From positions 8,557-72,556 of the forward strand of contig JALHPE010000004.1 in assembly GCA_022842645.1 (NCBI GenBank): DNA of 64,000 bases, read 5' to 3'. Positions within the stretch are counted from its first letter, which is position 1. Each line of letters opens with the position of its first letter. This DNA comes from Minisyncoccota bacterium (GTDB lineage: Bacteria; Patescibacteriota; Minisyncoccia; Phycocordibacterales; UBA2100). The notes under the pieces are model-generated. The model made no database searches. It was not told the DNA's origin and saw only the letters and a program-made list of their open reading frames with translations. Positions 30,709 to 40,428 of this stretch are shown here, piece after piece. The position numbers were made by a program, and so were the translations under genes.

Positions 30709-31770
30709 TTACACGCGGGCGCGCTCAATATCGGCGCACCATGCCTCGACGTACGCGTCGAATGACTGTGGAAGAGAGAGCGCAAGCGCTCCACTCCGGG
30801 GACCGTGTTCGATCCAATCACAGAGTGCGTCAGAAAATCCCTCTTTTGTGGTAATGAGCGCACCAGCCTCCCGTGCGATTCCTACATCGGTTGAGAGAAC
30901 CGGCACGCCTGCAGAAAGCGCGCTCACCACTGAAAGTCCGTACCCTTCATACTCGGAGGGTGCGAGCACAATGTCAGCCTCGGCAAGAAACGGACGCATG
31001 TCTGCTTGAAAACCCTTGAAATCGACGAAACGTTCGAGGCCGAGAGCGCGCGAGAGCGCGCGAAGTTCTGATTCGAGGGAGCCCGTGCCAAGGATCGTGA
31101 GTCCCGCGTCATGCCCAGCGTCACGCGCCTCTTTGAGTGCGCGAATCGCATGTTCGACACCTTTCTCGGGTTCAAGGCGACTCATCACGAGAAGCGCAAT
31201 TTTGAAGCGCGAATGTTTGAGGCGCTGCATAGTGGCAAACTGAGTTACGTCGACGAAGATGGGAAGAACAGTTGGCACAGTTTGTAGACTGTAGTTTGTA
31301 GTTTGTAGAGAATCTCTAATTCGTTCGGAGACGACCCGAATGCCTTGTGCGCGAGGAAGGACGATACGCGCGATCATGCGACGCACGCGATTGAGAAGTG
31401 AGGCGCGTACAAATTCAGGCGCGAGAAAATCAGTATGAATTTGCACATGGAGTGGAACACCAAACGCACGCGCAATGAAAAGTCCTGCGAGTCCCGCCTC
31501 GAATGGGTCTTGCACCGTTACAACATCCGGCTTCTTGAGTTTTCGTGCAATTCGGTACGCGTCATAGATATATAGAAAACGGCTTCGTGAGGAAGTGGGA
31601 TGCGCATGCACTCGCGTAGAAAGTTCCGTCGATTTGCATGCGTGCGCACGGAGTGAAAATACTACGATATCGAGTGCGCCCAAGCGTTCTCCATAGGCAA
31701 TTTGGCGCTTTGCACTCGCGCTTCCTTGCACACACACACTTCTATCCGATCCAATCGAAAGTACGTGCAT
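30709..31770 (-). CDS. GT4 glycosyltransferase
   Basis: 353 aa with PSEYEGYGLSVVSALSAGVPVLSTD. Confidence 0.8.
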   Translation of the reverse strand: MHVLSIGSDRSVCVQGSASAKRQIAYGERLGALDIVVFSLRAHACKSTELSTRVHAHPTSSRSRFLYIYDAYRIARKLKKPDVVTVQDPFEAGLAGLFIARAFGVPLHVQIHTDFLAPEFVRASLLNRVRRMIARIVLPRAQGIRVVSERIRDSLQTTNYSLQTVPTVLPIFVDVTQFATMQRLKHSRFKIALLVMSRLEPEKGVEHAIRALKEARDAGHDAGLTILGTGSLESELRALSRALGLERFVDFKGFQADMRPFLAEADIVLAPSEYEGYGLSVVSALSAGVPVLSTDVGIAREAGALITTKEGFSDALCDWIEHGPRSGALALSLPQSFDAYVEAWCADIERARV

Positions 31771-31771
31771 A

Positions 31772-32764
31772 TTAGTTTTTCATCGCTTCCACAATTTCGC
31801 GCGCGATATCGTCCCAAGAATGAGTAAATGAGAAATTTCGTGCGTTCGTTGCGAGTCGCTCGTACGTGACAGGATCAAGGAGGGACTCAACCGCCTGCGT
31901 GAGCGCAGATTCAGAACGAGTGTCGACGAAAAGGCCGCATTCGCCGAAGCGCTCTTTGGTACCGGTGTCGTCTGTCATCACAAATGGTTTACCGAACATC
32001 ACCGCATCAATCGCGGTGTTTGAACACACCTCTGAATATGAAGGGATGATGACCGCATACGCTTCTCCAATGCGCTTCTGGTGTTCCTCGCGTGGCAAAA
32101 GGCGCGTATCGAGTGTGAGTCCAGGATGGTCATTTACGAGACGCGCAACGACACGCTGTAAAGAATGGATGTTTTTGAGGCCGATAACACGCCCAGCAGA
32201 AACGAGCGTAAGACCCGTGGCAGGAAGATAGGTACCTATCGTCGGTGACACATAATTTTCAATAATGCGTACGCGTTCGTCGGGCATGTCGTACGCGCGC
32301 TTCCATAAATCGCGCTGAAAGTGTGTGGTGAAGAATGGATGCGCTGTGTGGAGAAGTGTGCGGGTAAAACGAAATATGAGTTTCTCCTTCAGAGAGAGCG
32401 TGTGAGGAGTTGCATAAAAATCAGAAAGTCGCACTGCTTCTCCCGTCCGCGCCACATATGACTCCCACAGAAAGTCCCCGCCAATGCGCAGCGCAACCGG
32501 CACGCCTCGAAGGCGTGCTGCGAAATACGCGGGCATCCCAACACTCCACGTGTCGAGCGCAAGCACGAATGAAGCGTCACGGAGAGTGCGGAAGAGTTGC
32601 AATGCGTATACCGCGTGAGAAAGCCCGGGCAGAAGATGATGTGGAGTGACCACGACCACAACCTCATGCCCAAGCTTTTTCAAACCCTCTTCAATTCCTG
32701 TAGCGTAGATAGCATGCACCCCAGCGCGGGGCGGGTAAAAAGCAGTTGCTATCACGATCTTCAT
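31772..32764 (-). CDS. GT4-like glycosyltransferase
   Basis: 330 aa with N-terminal MKIVIATAFYPPRAG and a C-terminal GT-B domain. Confidence 0.6.
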   Translation of the reverse strand: MKIVIATAFYPPRAGVHAIYATGIEEGLKKLGHEVVVVVTPHHLLPGLSHAVYALQLFRTLRDASFVLALDTWSVGMPAYFAARLRGVPVALRIGGDFLWESYVARTGEAVRLSDFYATPHTLSLKEKLIFRFTRTLLHTAHPFFTTHFQRDLWKRAYDMPDERVRIIENYVSPTIGTYLPATGLTLVSAGRVIGLKNIHSLQRVVARLVNDHPGLTLDTRLLPREEHQKRIGEAYAVIIPSYSEVCSNTAIDAVMFGKPFVMTDDTGTKERFGECGLFVDTRSESALTQAVESLLDPVTYERLATNARNFSFTHSWDDIAREIVEAMKN

Positions 32765-33038
32765 GAGGAAACTCTAGCGCGTGAAAGGAAAAGGCGCCAT
32801 CAGTGATGACGCCTTAGCCTACGTATCTACGCCCAAAGAGCGTCTGCGCCAGATCTTACCTACTAGGAAAGACTGTGCGCGGGTATAAAAATTCGAGAAG
32901 AACGCTCCTCGCCACATGACTTGCGGTGCGGAGAACGGTGAAGATGAGCATTGCGAGAATCCTTCTCTTTGGCGCCCAGGAACTGCCCCTAAGGCGACCA
33001 CTCTCACCCTACCCCGAAACCATAATTTTGCAACTTAG

Positions 33039-34217
33039 TTATGCACCGAGCGCTTTCGCAAAGACTTTCTCTCGCATATCGCTCGCCACGAGATCCCAAT
33101 CAAAGCGCTCTTTTGCTATCTCGCGCGCCGTCGCCACAACGCCCCGCATTACCTCAGGATTATCTATGATGTTATGTACCGCTTCAACAATCTGCTCGGA
33201 CGAATCCTTATCCACCACCCATGCTGTCTTTGGCATGTCAGGATTTCGCTTCGGGTCAAAAATAAAATCAGACAGCCCTCCCTCTTGCGTTGCGATCACA
33301 GGAAGCCCAGCGGCGAAGGCTTCGACAAACGAGTTTCCCATGCCTTCGGATCGGCTGGGGCGGAGAAATATGTCGCACGCTTTCAGATATTTGGGAAGAT
33401 CCTCGTGCTCCACGTGGCCAAGAAAATGAACGCGATTTTGTAGTGTGTAGTTTGTCGTCTGTAATTTTAATTCCTTCTCAAGAGGTCCGGTGCCGAGAAT
33501 AATGAAATGAATGTTCTCCGGAAGTTTCCGCAGTGCTTCAATGCACACATCGAGCGCATTTTTGCGCACGAGCCGCGAGGTGGTGACGAGAAATATATCA
33601 CCCATCCGTTTCCCTAGAGAATCTTTGATTTCGTTAATAAGAGGCTCGGGATATGCGCGCGCAAAGACTTCGGTATCAACACCATTTGGAATGACAATGG
33701 GCTCCCCAGGAAACCCCGCCTTTTTTGCCCACCCAGCAAGGAATGTAGAAATGGTTTGAATCACCACCGCATTCTTAAACCCTGCACGAAGGATGGGCGC
33801 GATGACACGGATGTGTGGGCGCCGAAACACGTGCTCAAACGGATCTCCCTCCTGGAGGCTTAGTGCATACGGAAGACGCACGCCAAAAAGACGTAAGAGA
33901 ATGAGCGGGAGCGACATATAGCTCATCATTGCCCATGCCGCATCAAAATTGTGTTCACGATGCAATCGTCGCGCCGCGAATGTTGCAGAAATAATGAAAA
34001 ACATTTTGGAGAAATATGACGTGCCATCGCCAATACGATGCACATGCACGTTTCCGAGCACCTCTTCGCGCGGCAGCGTAGTATCAAAACGATGCGTGAG
34101 AATATGGAACTCAATATCAGAAATCCGTTCAGTAATTTCCTTCACTGCGATCTCGGCGCCTCCTACTGGGCGTGGAAAATAGGCAAGGGAGAAGATGAGG
34201 ATTTTTTTACACTCCAT
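33039..34217 (-). CDS. GT4 glycosyltransferase
   Basis: The start is MECKKILIFSLAYFPRPVGGAE; the maximal ORF extends to 34340. EAFAAGLPVIATQEGG is present. Confidence 0.72.
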   Translation of the reverse strand: MECKKILIFSLAYFPRPVGGAEIAVKEITERISDIEFHILTHRFDTTLPREEVLGNVHVHRIGDGTSYFSKMFFIISATFAARRLHREHNFDAAWAMMSYMSLPLILLRLFGVRLPYALSLQEGDPFEHVFRRPHIRVIAPILRAGFKNAVVIQTISTFLAGWAKKAGFPGEPIVIPNGVDTEVFARAYPEPLINEIKDSLGKRMGDIFLVTTSRLVRKNALDVCIEALRKLPENIHFIILGTGPLEKELKLQTTNYTLQNRVHFLGHVEHEDLPKYLKACDIFLRPSRSEGMGNSFVEAFAAGLPVIATQEGGLSDFIFDPKRNPDMPKTAWVVDKDSSEQIVEAVHNIIDNPEVMRGVVATAREIAKERFDWDLVASDMREKVFAKALGA

Positions 34218-34284
34218 TGCAGAGTATATTGACATAGATATAAAAATGATGCAATATGTTCTTATCCAACAGCAGGAGGAAGTT

Positions 34285-34908
34285 ATGAAAGCAAAGGCTG
34301 TGATCTTTGACTTCGGAAACGTGCTTGGCACGTTCGACAAGTTTCGTGCCTTGCAACGCCTTGCGTGCGCAAGTCGCTACGAAACTAAGGAGATCATTCA
34401 GGTCATTCTAAACGATGGATTAGAGCGTATGCTCGAATCCGGTAAGATGTCGGAAATAGCGTTCTGCAACGAAGTGCTTTACCGATGCAAGATCAATCTC
34501 ACCGTGCCGGACGCGATGCGGATTTGGGGCAACATTTTCGCGCCAAATTCAGCAATCGTCCCTATCGTTGAGCAATTGATCGAAAAGCGCGTGCCAATTG
34601 GCGTTCTCTCGAACACGAACGGCATTCACTGGCCATACATTATGGATTTGCCGGTAATGCAGATGCTGAAAGCATACAGAGCGCCGTTGACACTCTCTCA
34701 TGAAATTGGCAGTTACAAGCCGGAGAGAATCATGTACGACAACGCTCTCGCGCAACTCGGGAGCAATCCCGAAGAGACGCTCTACCTCGACGATATTCAA
34801 GCGTATGTCGAGGCGGCCCGAGCTCGAGGCATGCACGCCGAACAATACGACTGCACGAAAGATCCCGACGCAATCGGATCGATCATGCAGAAGTATGGTC
34901 TCCTATGA
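34285..34908 (+). CDS. HAD-family hydrolase (subfamily IA)
   Basis: AGGAGGAagtt-ATG RBS. VIFDFGNVL is the DxG motif I, and a downstream motif III is present. Confidence 0.72.
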   Translation: MKAKAVIFDFGNVLGTFDKFRALQRLACASRYETKEIIQVILNDGLERMLESGKMSEIAFCNEVLYRCKINLTVPDAMRIWGNIFAPNSAIVPIVEQLIEKRVPIGVLSNTNGIHWPYIMDLPVMQMLKAYRAPLTLSHEIGSYKPERIMYDNALAQLGSNPEETLYLDDIQAYVEAARARGMHAEQYDCTKDPDAIGSIMQKYGLL

Positions 34909-34965
34909 AAAACACCCCCGCGGCCAACTTGGCTGCGGGGGTGAAGTTTTTGCACTAAACGCGAC

Positions 34966-35688
34966 TCAGCGCGGCCAGAGCTCTGGAAACGTCGCGAAGA
35001 AAATCAGCCAAAGTGAGTTTGCGGTGCACATACGATACACCGCCCCCTCATCGTCTTTTCCTTCGCGAATGCGTCGCAAGAGCTCGGAGACCGGAATGTA
35101 CTCGGCCGAGTAGATTGGCTCGTTCCGGTCGGCCTTCAATGCCTCCACTTTGTCGAGATCGACCTCAACAAAAAGGATGTCCGTCCATGAGCCTACGAAT
35201 GTTGGATTAGGGTTGTGCCATGGGCATTTAGGTGTAACCACCCGAATGACCGCAGTTGCACCCGTCTCCTCGCCGACCTCGCGAACAGCACCTGCGTTGG
35301 CGCTTTCGAACTTCCCACCGAGAAGCTTCTCGCGAAACCCCATAGGAAGTTGTCCGAACACAACTGGCGCGTGACCGTCGTTCCATTGACTCTCCGGATC
35401 ATCGGCGTGCGGACGCGGCTGTCGAATGACAGCCACGCACGCCTCAGGCCTCCGAAACCATCGCTTTCGCCAACCCCATGCAACAACGTTCGTTGCAGGA
35501 GCCTCGTAGATGATTGGACGATCAAAGTTTGGTGCGCCGTCCGGATGCATCACCACAGCGGTTTTGATGCCGCCATGCCGTGATTGCACTTCCCACTCGG
35601 TTTCGGGTGGCATTTCCTCGCCATTGACGACAAGTCGCCACCCAGCCTTGTGAGTCGGACAGTCTTTGAGTCGCTTTGTTGCCGTCAT
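34966..35688 (-). CDS. NUDIX hydrolase
   Basis: The Nudix box is GGKFESANAGAVREVGEETG. A GGAGG RBS precedes the ATG at 35688. Confidence 0.68.
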   Translation of the reverse strand: MTATKRLKDCPTHKAGWRLVVNGEEMPPETEWEVQSRHGGIKTAVVMHPDGAPNFDRPIIYEAPATNVVAWGWRKRWFRRPEACVAVIRQPRPHADDPESQWNDGHAPVVFGQLPMGFREKLLGGKFESANAGAVREVGEETGATAVIRVVTPKCPWHNPNPTFVGSWTDILFVEVDLDKVEALKADRNEPIYSAEYIPVSELLRRIREGKDDEGAVYRMCTANSLWLIFFATFPELWPR

Positions 35689-35813
35689 GGGTTTCCCCTC
35701 CTTCTGTTGCAACAAAAAAGACCTCAATTTGGTCTATAAAGATTGTAACACGAAATATGCTATCTAGCAATAGTCCCCGGAACCACCTATCGGTTCCGGG
35801 GACTGCGTTCTCG

Positions 35814-36347
35814 CTATGCAGCACCAAAAGGAAATGATTCCACTTGATACCACTCTCCAACTGATCCTTCTGTGCGCCATAATTCGATAGTGTTCACCGT
35901 GAATGTGGCGGCACATAGGGCGTTACAGCTCTCGAGCGACAACTTCGCAGACATAAGATCTTCATCTGAGAAGTCACCGTAGGCAAAGCTGCAGTGGGGA
36001 AAGTATATGCTCTCCCCAATTTCGAAAACATCGCGAGCGCGCTGCCCTGCCGCCATCACCTCTTCAGATTGCGCAACGCGCGAAAATAATATCTGAAAAT
36101 ATGTGCCGTGGGAGCCGATGGTGCCGAGATGCACTGCATACGGCACAAGATTGCTCGCGAGCCACCTTGTCTTTTGACGCACCTCTTCTGAGTCGCCCAC
36201 AATTCCTCCGAGGAGGGTTACGTGCGGCTCAAAGGCTGGCGTTCCATAGTGTCGTGCAATTTCTTGTATCGCCGCATTGAGTAGTCGATACATATCGGAC
36301 TCCCGATCGGGCACAAGCCAGAGCGAATATCCAGTTGCTTTTGACAT
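35814..36347 (-). CDS. 2H phosphoesterase (LigT/cyclic phosphodiesterase-like)
   Basis: Two H-x-T/S-x motifs (HVTL and HCSF), at ~178 aa. Confidence 0.55.
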   Translation of the reverse strand: MSKATGYSLWLVPDRESDMYRLLNAAIQEIARHYGTPAFEPHVTLLGGIVGDSEEVRQKTRWLASNLVPYAVHLGTIGSHGTYFQILFSRVAQSEEVMAAGQRARDVFEIGESIYFPHCSFAYGDFSDEDLMSAKLSLESCNALCAATFTVNTIELWRTEGSVGEWYQVESFPFGAA

Positions 36348-36395
36348 GGGTATGTCCCCTTTCCTGATTTGCTTTATACCACACATGTGGCCTGT

Positions 36396-37868
36396 TTACA
36401 ACTTTTTCTCTGGCTCCTTCGTGATTCTCACTCTCAAAAAGTTTGCATACGCAAACCGGATCTGGTTTGCAAACGCATCGCCCTCACCCATCGATGAGCG
36501 GAGTTTGATACGTGCGCTCACGCGGCTCGCATCTTTTTCTTGAGAAAATTCTGAGGCGTAGACCTGATCGGCACGACGCAGGAGCAGCCGCAGAAGAAGG
36601 CGGGTGAAAAAAGGTGCGTTATCGAGCGATTGATTTGCAAGGGTTACCAAGAGCGGCAGATTACTCACCTGCTTGAGCATGAGCGCCGCAAGGCCGCCAT
36701 AGCTCGCCATCAAGGACCACGAAAAAAGATACTGATGCTTTGCGTGGAGAGAGCGTGCTTTTGAAAACCCTAGAATGGGGAGTAAGAATTTATCACTCGG
36801 ACGACCATAACCCACACGATAGATGGTGGCGTTCCCGACGGGACACACCGCTTTTTCAGTTGAGGGATGATATTTCGTCGTGACGACATCGAAATGTACA
36901 TCTGGCATCGCCGCCATTAAGTCGCAGAGCGCTTCTTCAGCAACACCCGCTATCGGATGAAAGGTGGTAGTGAAGACCAAGACGCGACGTTCGCGCTTTA
37001 TCGCCCTCTTGGGCACATGCTCAACCAGCTCGTAGATTTCATCTTCGAGATTTCTTTTTGGCTCCCAGCCGAGAGAGCGCGACTTGGAAATATCGATTCC
37101 GGCGCTCATGCGGTTACCGGGGCGCTCGGGGAGCATAACGATATCCTCGCTAAAGAGTCGTGCCACGTGGAGCATGGAAAATGCTTTTTCGTTCCCCAAA
37201 CCATACTCATCCCCTTCACCTTTTTCACCAATGAGCATGAGGCCGTCGACAATATCGTCGATGTGCGTAAAGTTGCGCAGCTGTGTGCCGGGAGACGTGA
37301 CGGTGATTGGCTGGCCGTTTCTCACTTGCTCCGCGAAGATTGCAATCACGGTGCCATAGCGGCCGCTTCGCTCGCCGTGGCCGTAGACGTTATAGAAATA
37401 GGTGATCGCAAAGGCAAGGCCATACCACTCGCCATAATTTTTTACGAGCTCGGTGTTTGCGGCTTTGGTGTAGGCATACGGTGTCGCGTTTCGCGCGAGC
37501 CCGCCGTCGCCGAATTTGGTTGAAGAGCCCGCATACACAAGTTTGCATTTTCGTTTTCGCCAATACTCGAGGACTGCGGCAGTGCCAACTGTATTAAGAT
37601 CGTTCACAACATCCGGCTCTTCAAGACTCTGCTCTACACGCGAATATTCACCGAGATGATAGATGATGTCTGGGGTCTCGGGCACGAGGCTCTCGATCTC
37701 TTTGGTGTGGCCGGTACGATACTCGACGCCTTCCACGTGTGCCGCTTCGGTGCCTGCGAAATAATTGTCGAGTGAGATGACACGCGCACCCTCAGAAGCG
37801 AGCCGCTTGATGAGGTTGGAGCCGACAAAGCCAGCGCCGCCGGTGACTAAGATTAATTTTCCCTGCAT
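36396..37868 (-). CDS. NAD-dependent epimerase/dehydratase fused to a C-terminal ~190 aa GT-B half-domain-like region
   Basis: 490 aa. The N-terminal SDR domain has VTGGAGFVGSNL. The C-terminal domain (RVLVFTTTFHPIAGVAEE...) resembles a GT4 N-terminal Rossmann half. Confidence 0.7.
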   Translation of the reverse strand: MQGKLILVTGGAGFVGSNLIKRLASEGARVISLDNYFAGTEAAHVEGVEYRTGHTKEIESLVPETPDIIYHLGEYSRVEQSLEEPDVVNDLNTVGTAAVLEYWRKRKCKLVYAGSSTKFGDGGLARNATPYAYTKAANTELVKNYGEWYGLAFAITYFYNVYGHGERSGRYGTVIAIFAEQVRNGQPITVTSPGTQLRNFTHIDDIVDGLMLIGEKGEGDEYGLGNEKAFSMLHVARLFSEDIVMLPERPGNRMSAGIDISKSRSLGWEPKRNLEDEIYELVEHVPKRAIKRERRVLVFTTTFHPIAGVAEEALCDLMAAMPDVHFDVVTTKYHPSTEKAVCPVGNATIYRVGYGRPSDKFLLPILGFSKARSLHAKHQYLFSWSLMASYGGLAALMLKQVSNLPLLVTLANQSLDNAPFFTRLLLRLLLRRADQVYASEFSQEKDASRVSARIKLRSSMGEGDAFANQIRFAYANFLRVRITKEPEKKL

Positions 37869-37889
37869 GAGACTAGACTATACCCTGCT

Positions 37890-38630
37890 TCACGTTTCCT
37901 CAATGATGGTCCATTCCTCTCTTTCAGCGCGGCGCGCGAGCACGGCGCCCGCGATGCCGACAAACGAAATGCAGCCGACACCGAGAAGCCAAAGTGTCAT
38001 ACTTGGGTTTTCTTGGGGGAGCTCGAAGGATCCGAGCGATTCTCTCTCAGTTTGAGTTCCAAGAACCTGAGGAGAGGAAGCTGGTGTGGCCACGGCTTTC
38101 TTTGCACTCGCTTTTTCTTGTATCGCCGCACGCACTAGGCCTCCTACAGGAATTCCTGCGCCGGGGGTTGGGAGGCCGGGAGCCAGCGCCCCGCCTGTCG
38201 GTGTTGTTCTTTGGAGCGATTCCCCTGAACCGTTACCACCGAGAGATTTTGTGTACACAGCACTATCGATAGTCGTATCTCCTTTGCGTAGTTCAATCGT
38301 CTCGCCATCGTTATTCAAACTGAACGCACTATCGAAAAGAAGTCCTGTGTAGTTCGGATAATCGGCACGAAATTTTTCTGGCTTGTCGGCAATGACAGCA
38401 TGTGCCCCGGGCGCAATGAGTGATTCGCCCTTGATTACGTGTTTGCGATTACTTTCGAAAAGAATAAGTTCTGCGAGCGATAGGGGTACTGCGCCTATGT
38501 TGTATACCTCAATCCATTCGCGACCACTGTCTGACCCTTCGGCAAGGTCGTACATGATTTCAGAAATTATCACCTGCGCCGAGGTGAGTGCGGGAAGTAG
38601 TAAGGCAACAATGAACGCATTACGAACCAT
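37890..38630 (-). CDS. lamin-tail-domain (LTD) secreted protein with C-terminal TM anchor
   Basis: Signal peptide MVRNAFIVALLLPALTSA. LTD signature SEIMYDLAEGSDSGREWIEVYNIG...LNNDGETIELRKGDTTIDSAVY. A Gly/Pro-rich linker is followed by a C-terminal hydrophobic helix. Confidence 0.62.
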   Translation of the reverse strand: MVRNAFIVALLLPALTSAQVIISEIMYDLAEGSDSGREWIEVYNIGAVPLSLAELILFESNRKHVIKGESLIAPGAHAVIADKPEKFRADYPNYTGLLFDSAFSLNNDGETIELRKGDTTIDSAVYTKSLGGNGSGESLQRTTPTGGALAPGLPTPGAGIPVGGLVRAAIQEKASAKKAVATPASSPQVLGTQTERESLGSFELPQENPSMTLWLLGVGCISFVGIAGAVLARRAEREEWTIIEET

Positions 38631-40413
38631 GGAGGACTTTGCGAAGGTCTTCGGGCGATATGCCATCGGTGTTTTTTTCTGATACTGATTCTCGTGGCGG
38701 GGCCACATGCACCGTGTTTGGATCGCGGCGCGCTTCGCGCGCCGCTTTTCGCGAACGAATAATATCCGCAGGGGAACGCATATCAATGGTTGCCCCGCGC
38801 GCCGAAGCAATAGCACTTTTTAGCGCATCGCGTGTATGAGTCTCAGGTTGTGGGGTCTGGGGGCGGGGCGCAGGAGGCGTTTCTCGCATTGGTTCTGGGG
38901 CGCGCGGACGAGGAGCCTCTTCTCGACGCTCTTGTACCGGCTCTTCCCTCCGAGGTTCTCGAGGAGCGGGAGGCCGCGCCTCGCGCGGACGATCATCGCG
39001 ACGCGGCTCTCTCGGGGCACTCCCAAAATCCCGCCGCTCTCCGCCAAAACGAGTCGCACCGCCCGGCCGATCCGTCTTTGGCTTCGGCGGAGGTGCTGCA
39101 AAGGCTGTTTGCCATTCGCCAATCTGCTTCTCCACCTCGGCGCGAGAGAGCGCGAACTCTGCGCGCGTATGATGAATCACATCTTCGCGGTATGAAATAG
39201 CGGGCGCATCAATTGGTGGAATGGTCTCCGCAGAAAAAGGCTGACTCCCCACGCCGTCGATCATGAGCGTGAGATAGATTTGCCCCAGCCCCAGGTTCGT
39301 TAAATCCTCTGGAAGGAAGATTGGTTTGTAAACGGTCTCCAACACCTCAGCATCAAACGGCCCCACACGAAACGTGATCAGCGTCCCCACGTTACCAAAC
39401 ACGGCATTGCGCACATTCTCTTCCATCTGCTCGATGTACTGGTTTGCAAGCGTGAGTGCGAGCTTATATTTGCGTGATTCGGAGAGAATGTCGGCGAATG
39501 CCTCGTTCATCATCGACTGGAACTCATCGACGTAGAAGTAACAGCGCGGAAGCGCCGCCATGCGTGCGGGAGGCTCGTCGGCGCGCGACATCGCCGCGAG
39601 ATAGATTTTCACGGTGAGCATTGAGCCCAAAAGCGCAGCGTTTGATTCTCCCATTCTTCCCTTCGAGAGATTCACGATAAAAATCTTTTTCTCATCCATC
39701 ATCTTTCGAAGATCAAAGGTGGATTTTGACTGTCCAACGATATTACGGATCAGTGGGTTCGAAACAAACTGACCAACTTTGTTTTGAATCGCGGGCGTGG
39801 CTTCCTGTGTGTAGCGGTCGGTGTACGTCGCAAATTCGACTGTCCAGAAATCGCGCACGATGGGGTCGGTGATTTTCTCAATCACCGCCGCACGAAATGA
39901 TTTGTTGGTGAGCATGCGGTTCACGTCGATCAAGGTCGCTCCGGGGTATTCCAGAAGTGCTAAGAGCACGTTCTGAAGGATGTATTCCATACGCGCACTC
40001 CACGCGTCCACCCAAATACGCTTGAAGGCGCCCATGAGGCCGGAGACCACCAAATGGCGCTTGTCGTAACCCACATCTTCCATCACATTAAAGCCGACAG
40101 GATAATCCACATCAAACGGCGCAAAGTAGAGCACGTCTTTAATGCGCTCGTGTGGGATGAAATCCAAGAGCTTCTCGGCAGTTGAACCGTGGGGGTCGAT
40201 ATAGGCAATACCTTCTCCATTTTGAATATCCTGAATCGCCATATTCTCGAGCATGGTCGATTTCCCCATACCCGTCTTTCCAATCACATACATATGCTTC
40301 CCACGATCAATCGCGCGAATGCCAAACATCTCGCGCTTTCCGCGCGTATGCGTTGTCGCAAAATACGTTATGCGCCGTTCGTCGTTATGGCTCCCGCTTC
40401 CCTTGGGGGTCAT
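38620..40413 (-). CDS. HerA/DUF87-type (VirB4/TraG-superfamily) P-loop ATPase with ~150 aa Pro/Arg/Glu-rich C-terminal tail
   Basis: 597 aa. Walker A is VIGKTGMGKST. YIDPHG, a Walker B CYFYVDEFQ and SESRKYKLALTLANQ (an EGRKyG-like motif) are present. The tail is PREPRRDDRPREARPPAPREPRREEP... Confidence 0.6.
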   Translation of the reverse strand: MTPKGSGSHNDERRITYFATTHTRGKREMFGIRAIDRGKHMYVIGKTGMGKSTMLENMAIQDIQNGEGIAYIDPHGSTAEKLLDFIPHERIKDVLYFAPFDVDYPVGFNVMEDVGYDKRHLVVSGLMGAFKRIWVDAWSARMEYILQNVLLALLEYPGATLIDVNRMLTNKSFRAAVIEKITDPIVRDFWTVEFATYTDRYTQEATPAIQNKVGQFVSNPLIRNIVGQSKSTFDLRKMMDEKKIFIVNLSKGRMGESNAALLGSMLTVKIYLAAMSRADEPPARMAALPRCYFYVDEFQSMMNEAFADILSESRKYKLALTLANQYIEQMEENVRNAVFGNVGTLITFRVGPFDAEVLETVYKPIFLPEDLTNLGLGQIYLTLMIDGVGSQPFSAETIPPIDAPAISYREDVIHHTRAEFALSRAEVEKQIGEWQTAFAAPPPKPKTDRPGGATRFGGERRDFGSAPREPRRDDRPREARPPAPREPRREEPVQERREEAPRPRAPEPMRETPPAPRPQTPQPETHTRDALKSAIASARGATIDMRSPADIIRSRKAAREARRDPNTVHVAPPRESVSEKNTDGISPEDLRKVLHGS

Positions 40414-40428
40414 GAGAATAGTATACCG

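Noticed and set aside
36957-37523. Antisense ORF within the SDR-GT fusion gene. Similar antisense ORFs exist elsewhere, for example 61240-61977 within folD, 58220-58816 within secD and 12318-12671 within the YfhO-like gene.
   Set aside because: They are typical shadow ORFs, Pro/Arg/Ser-rich translations of the antisense strand of well-supported genes.
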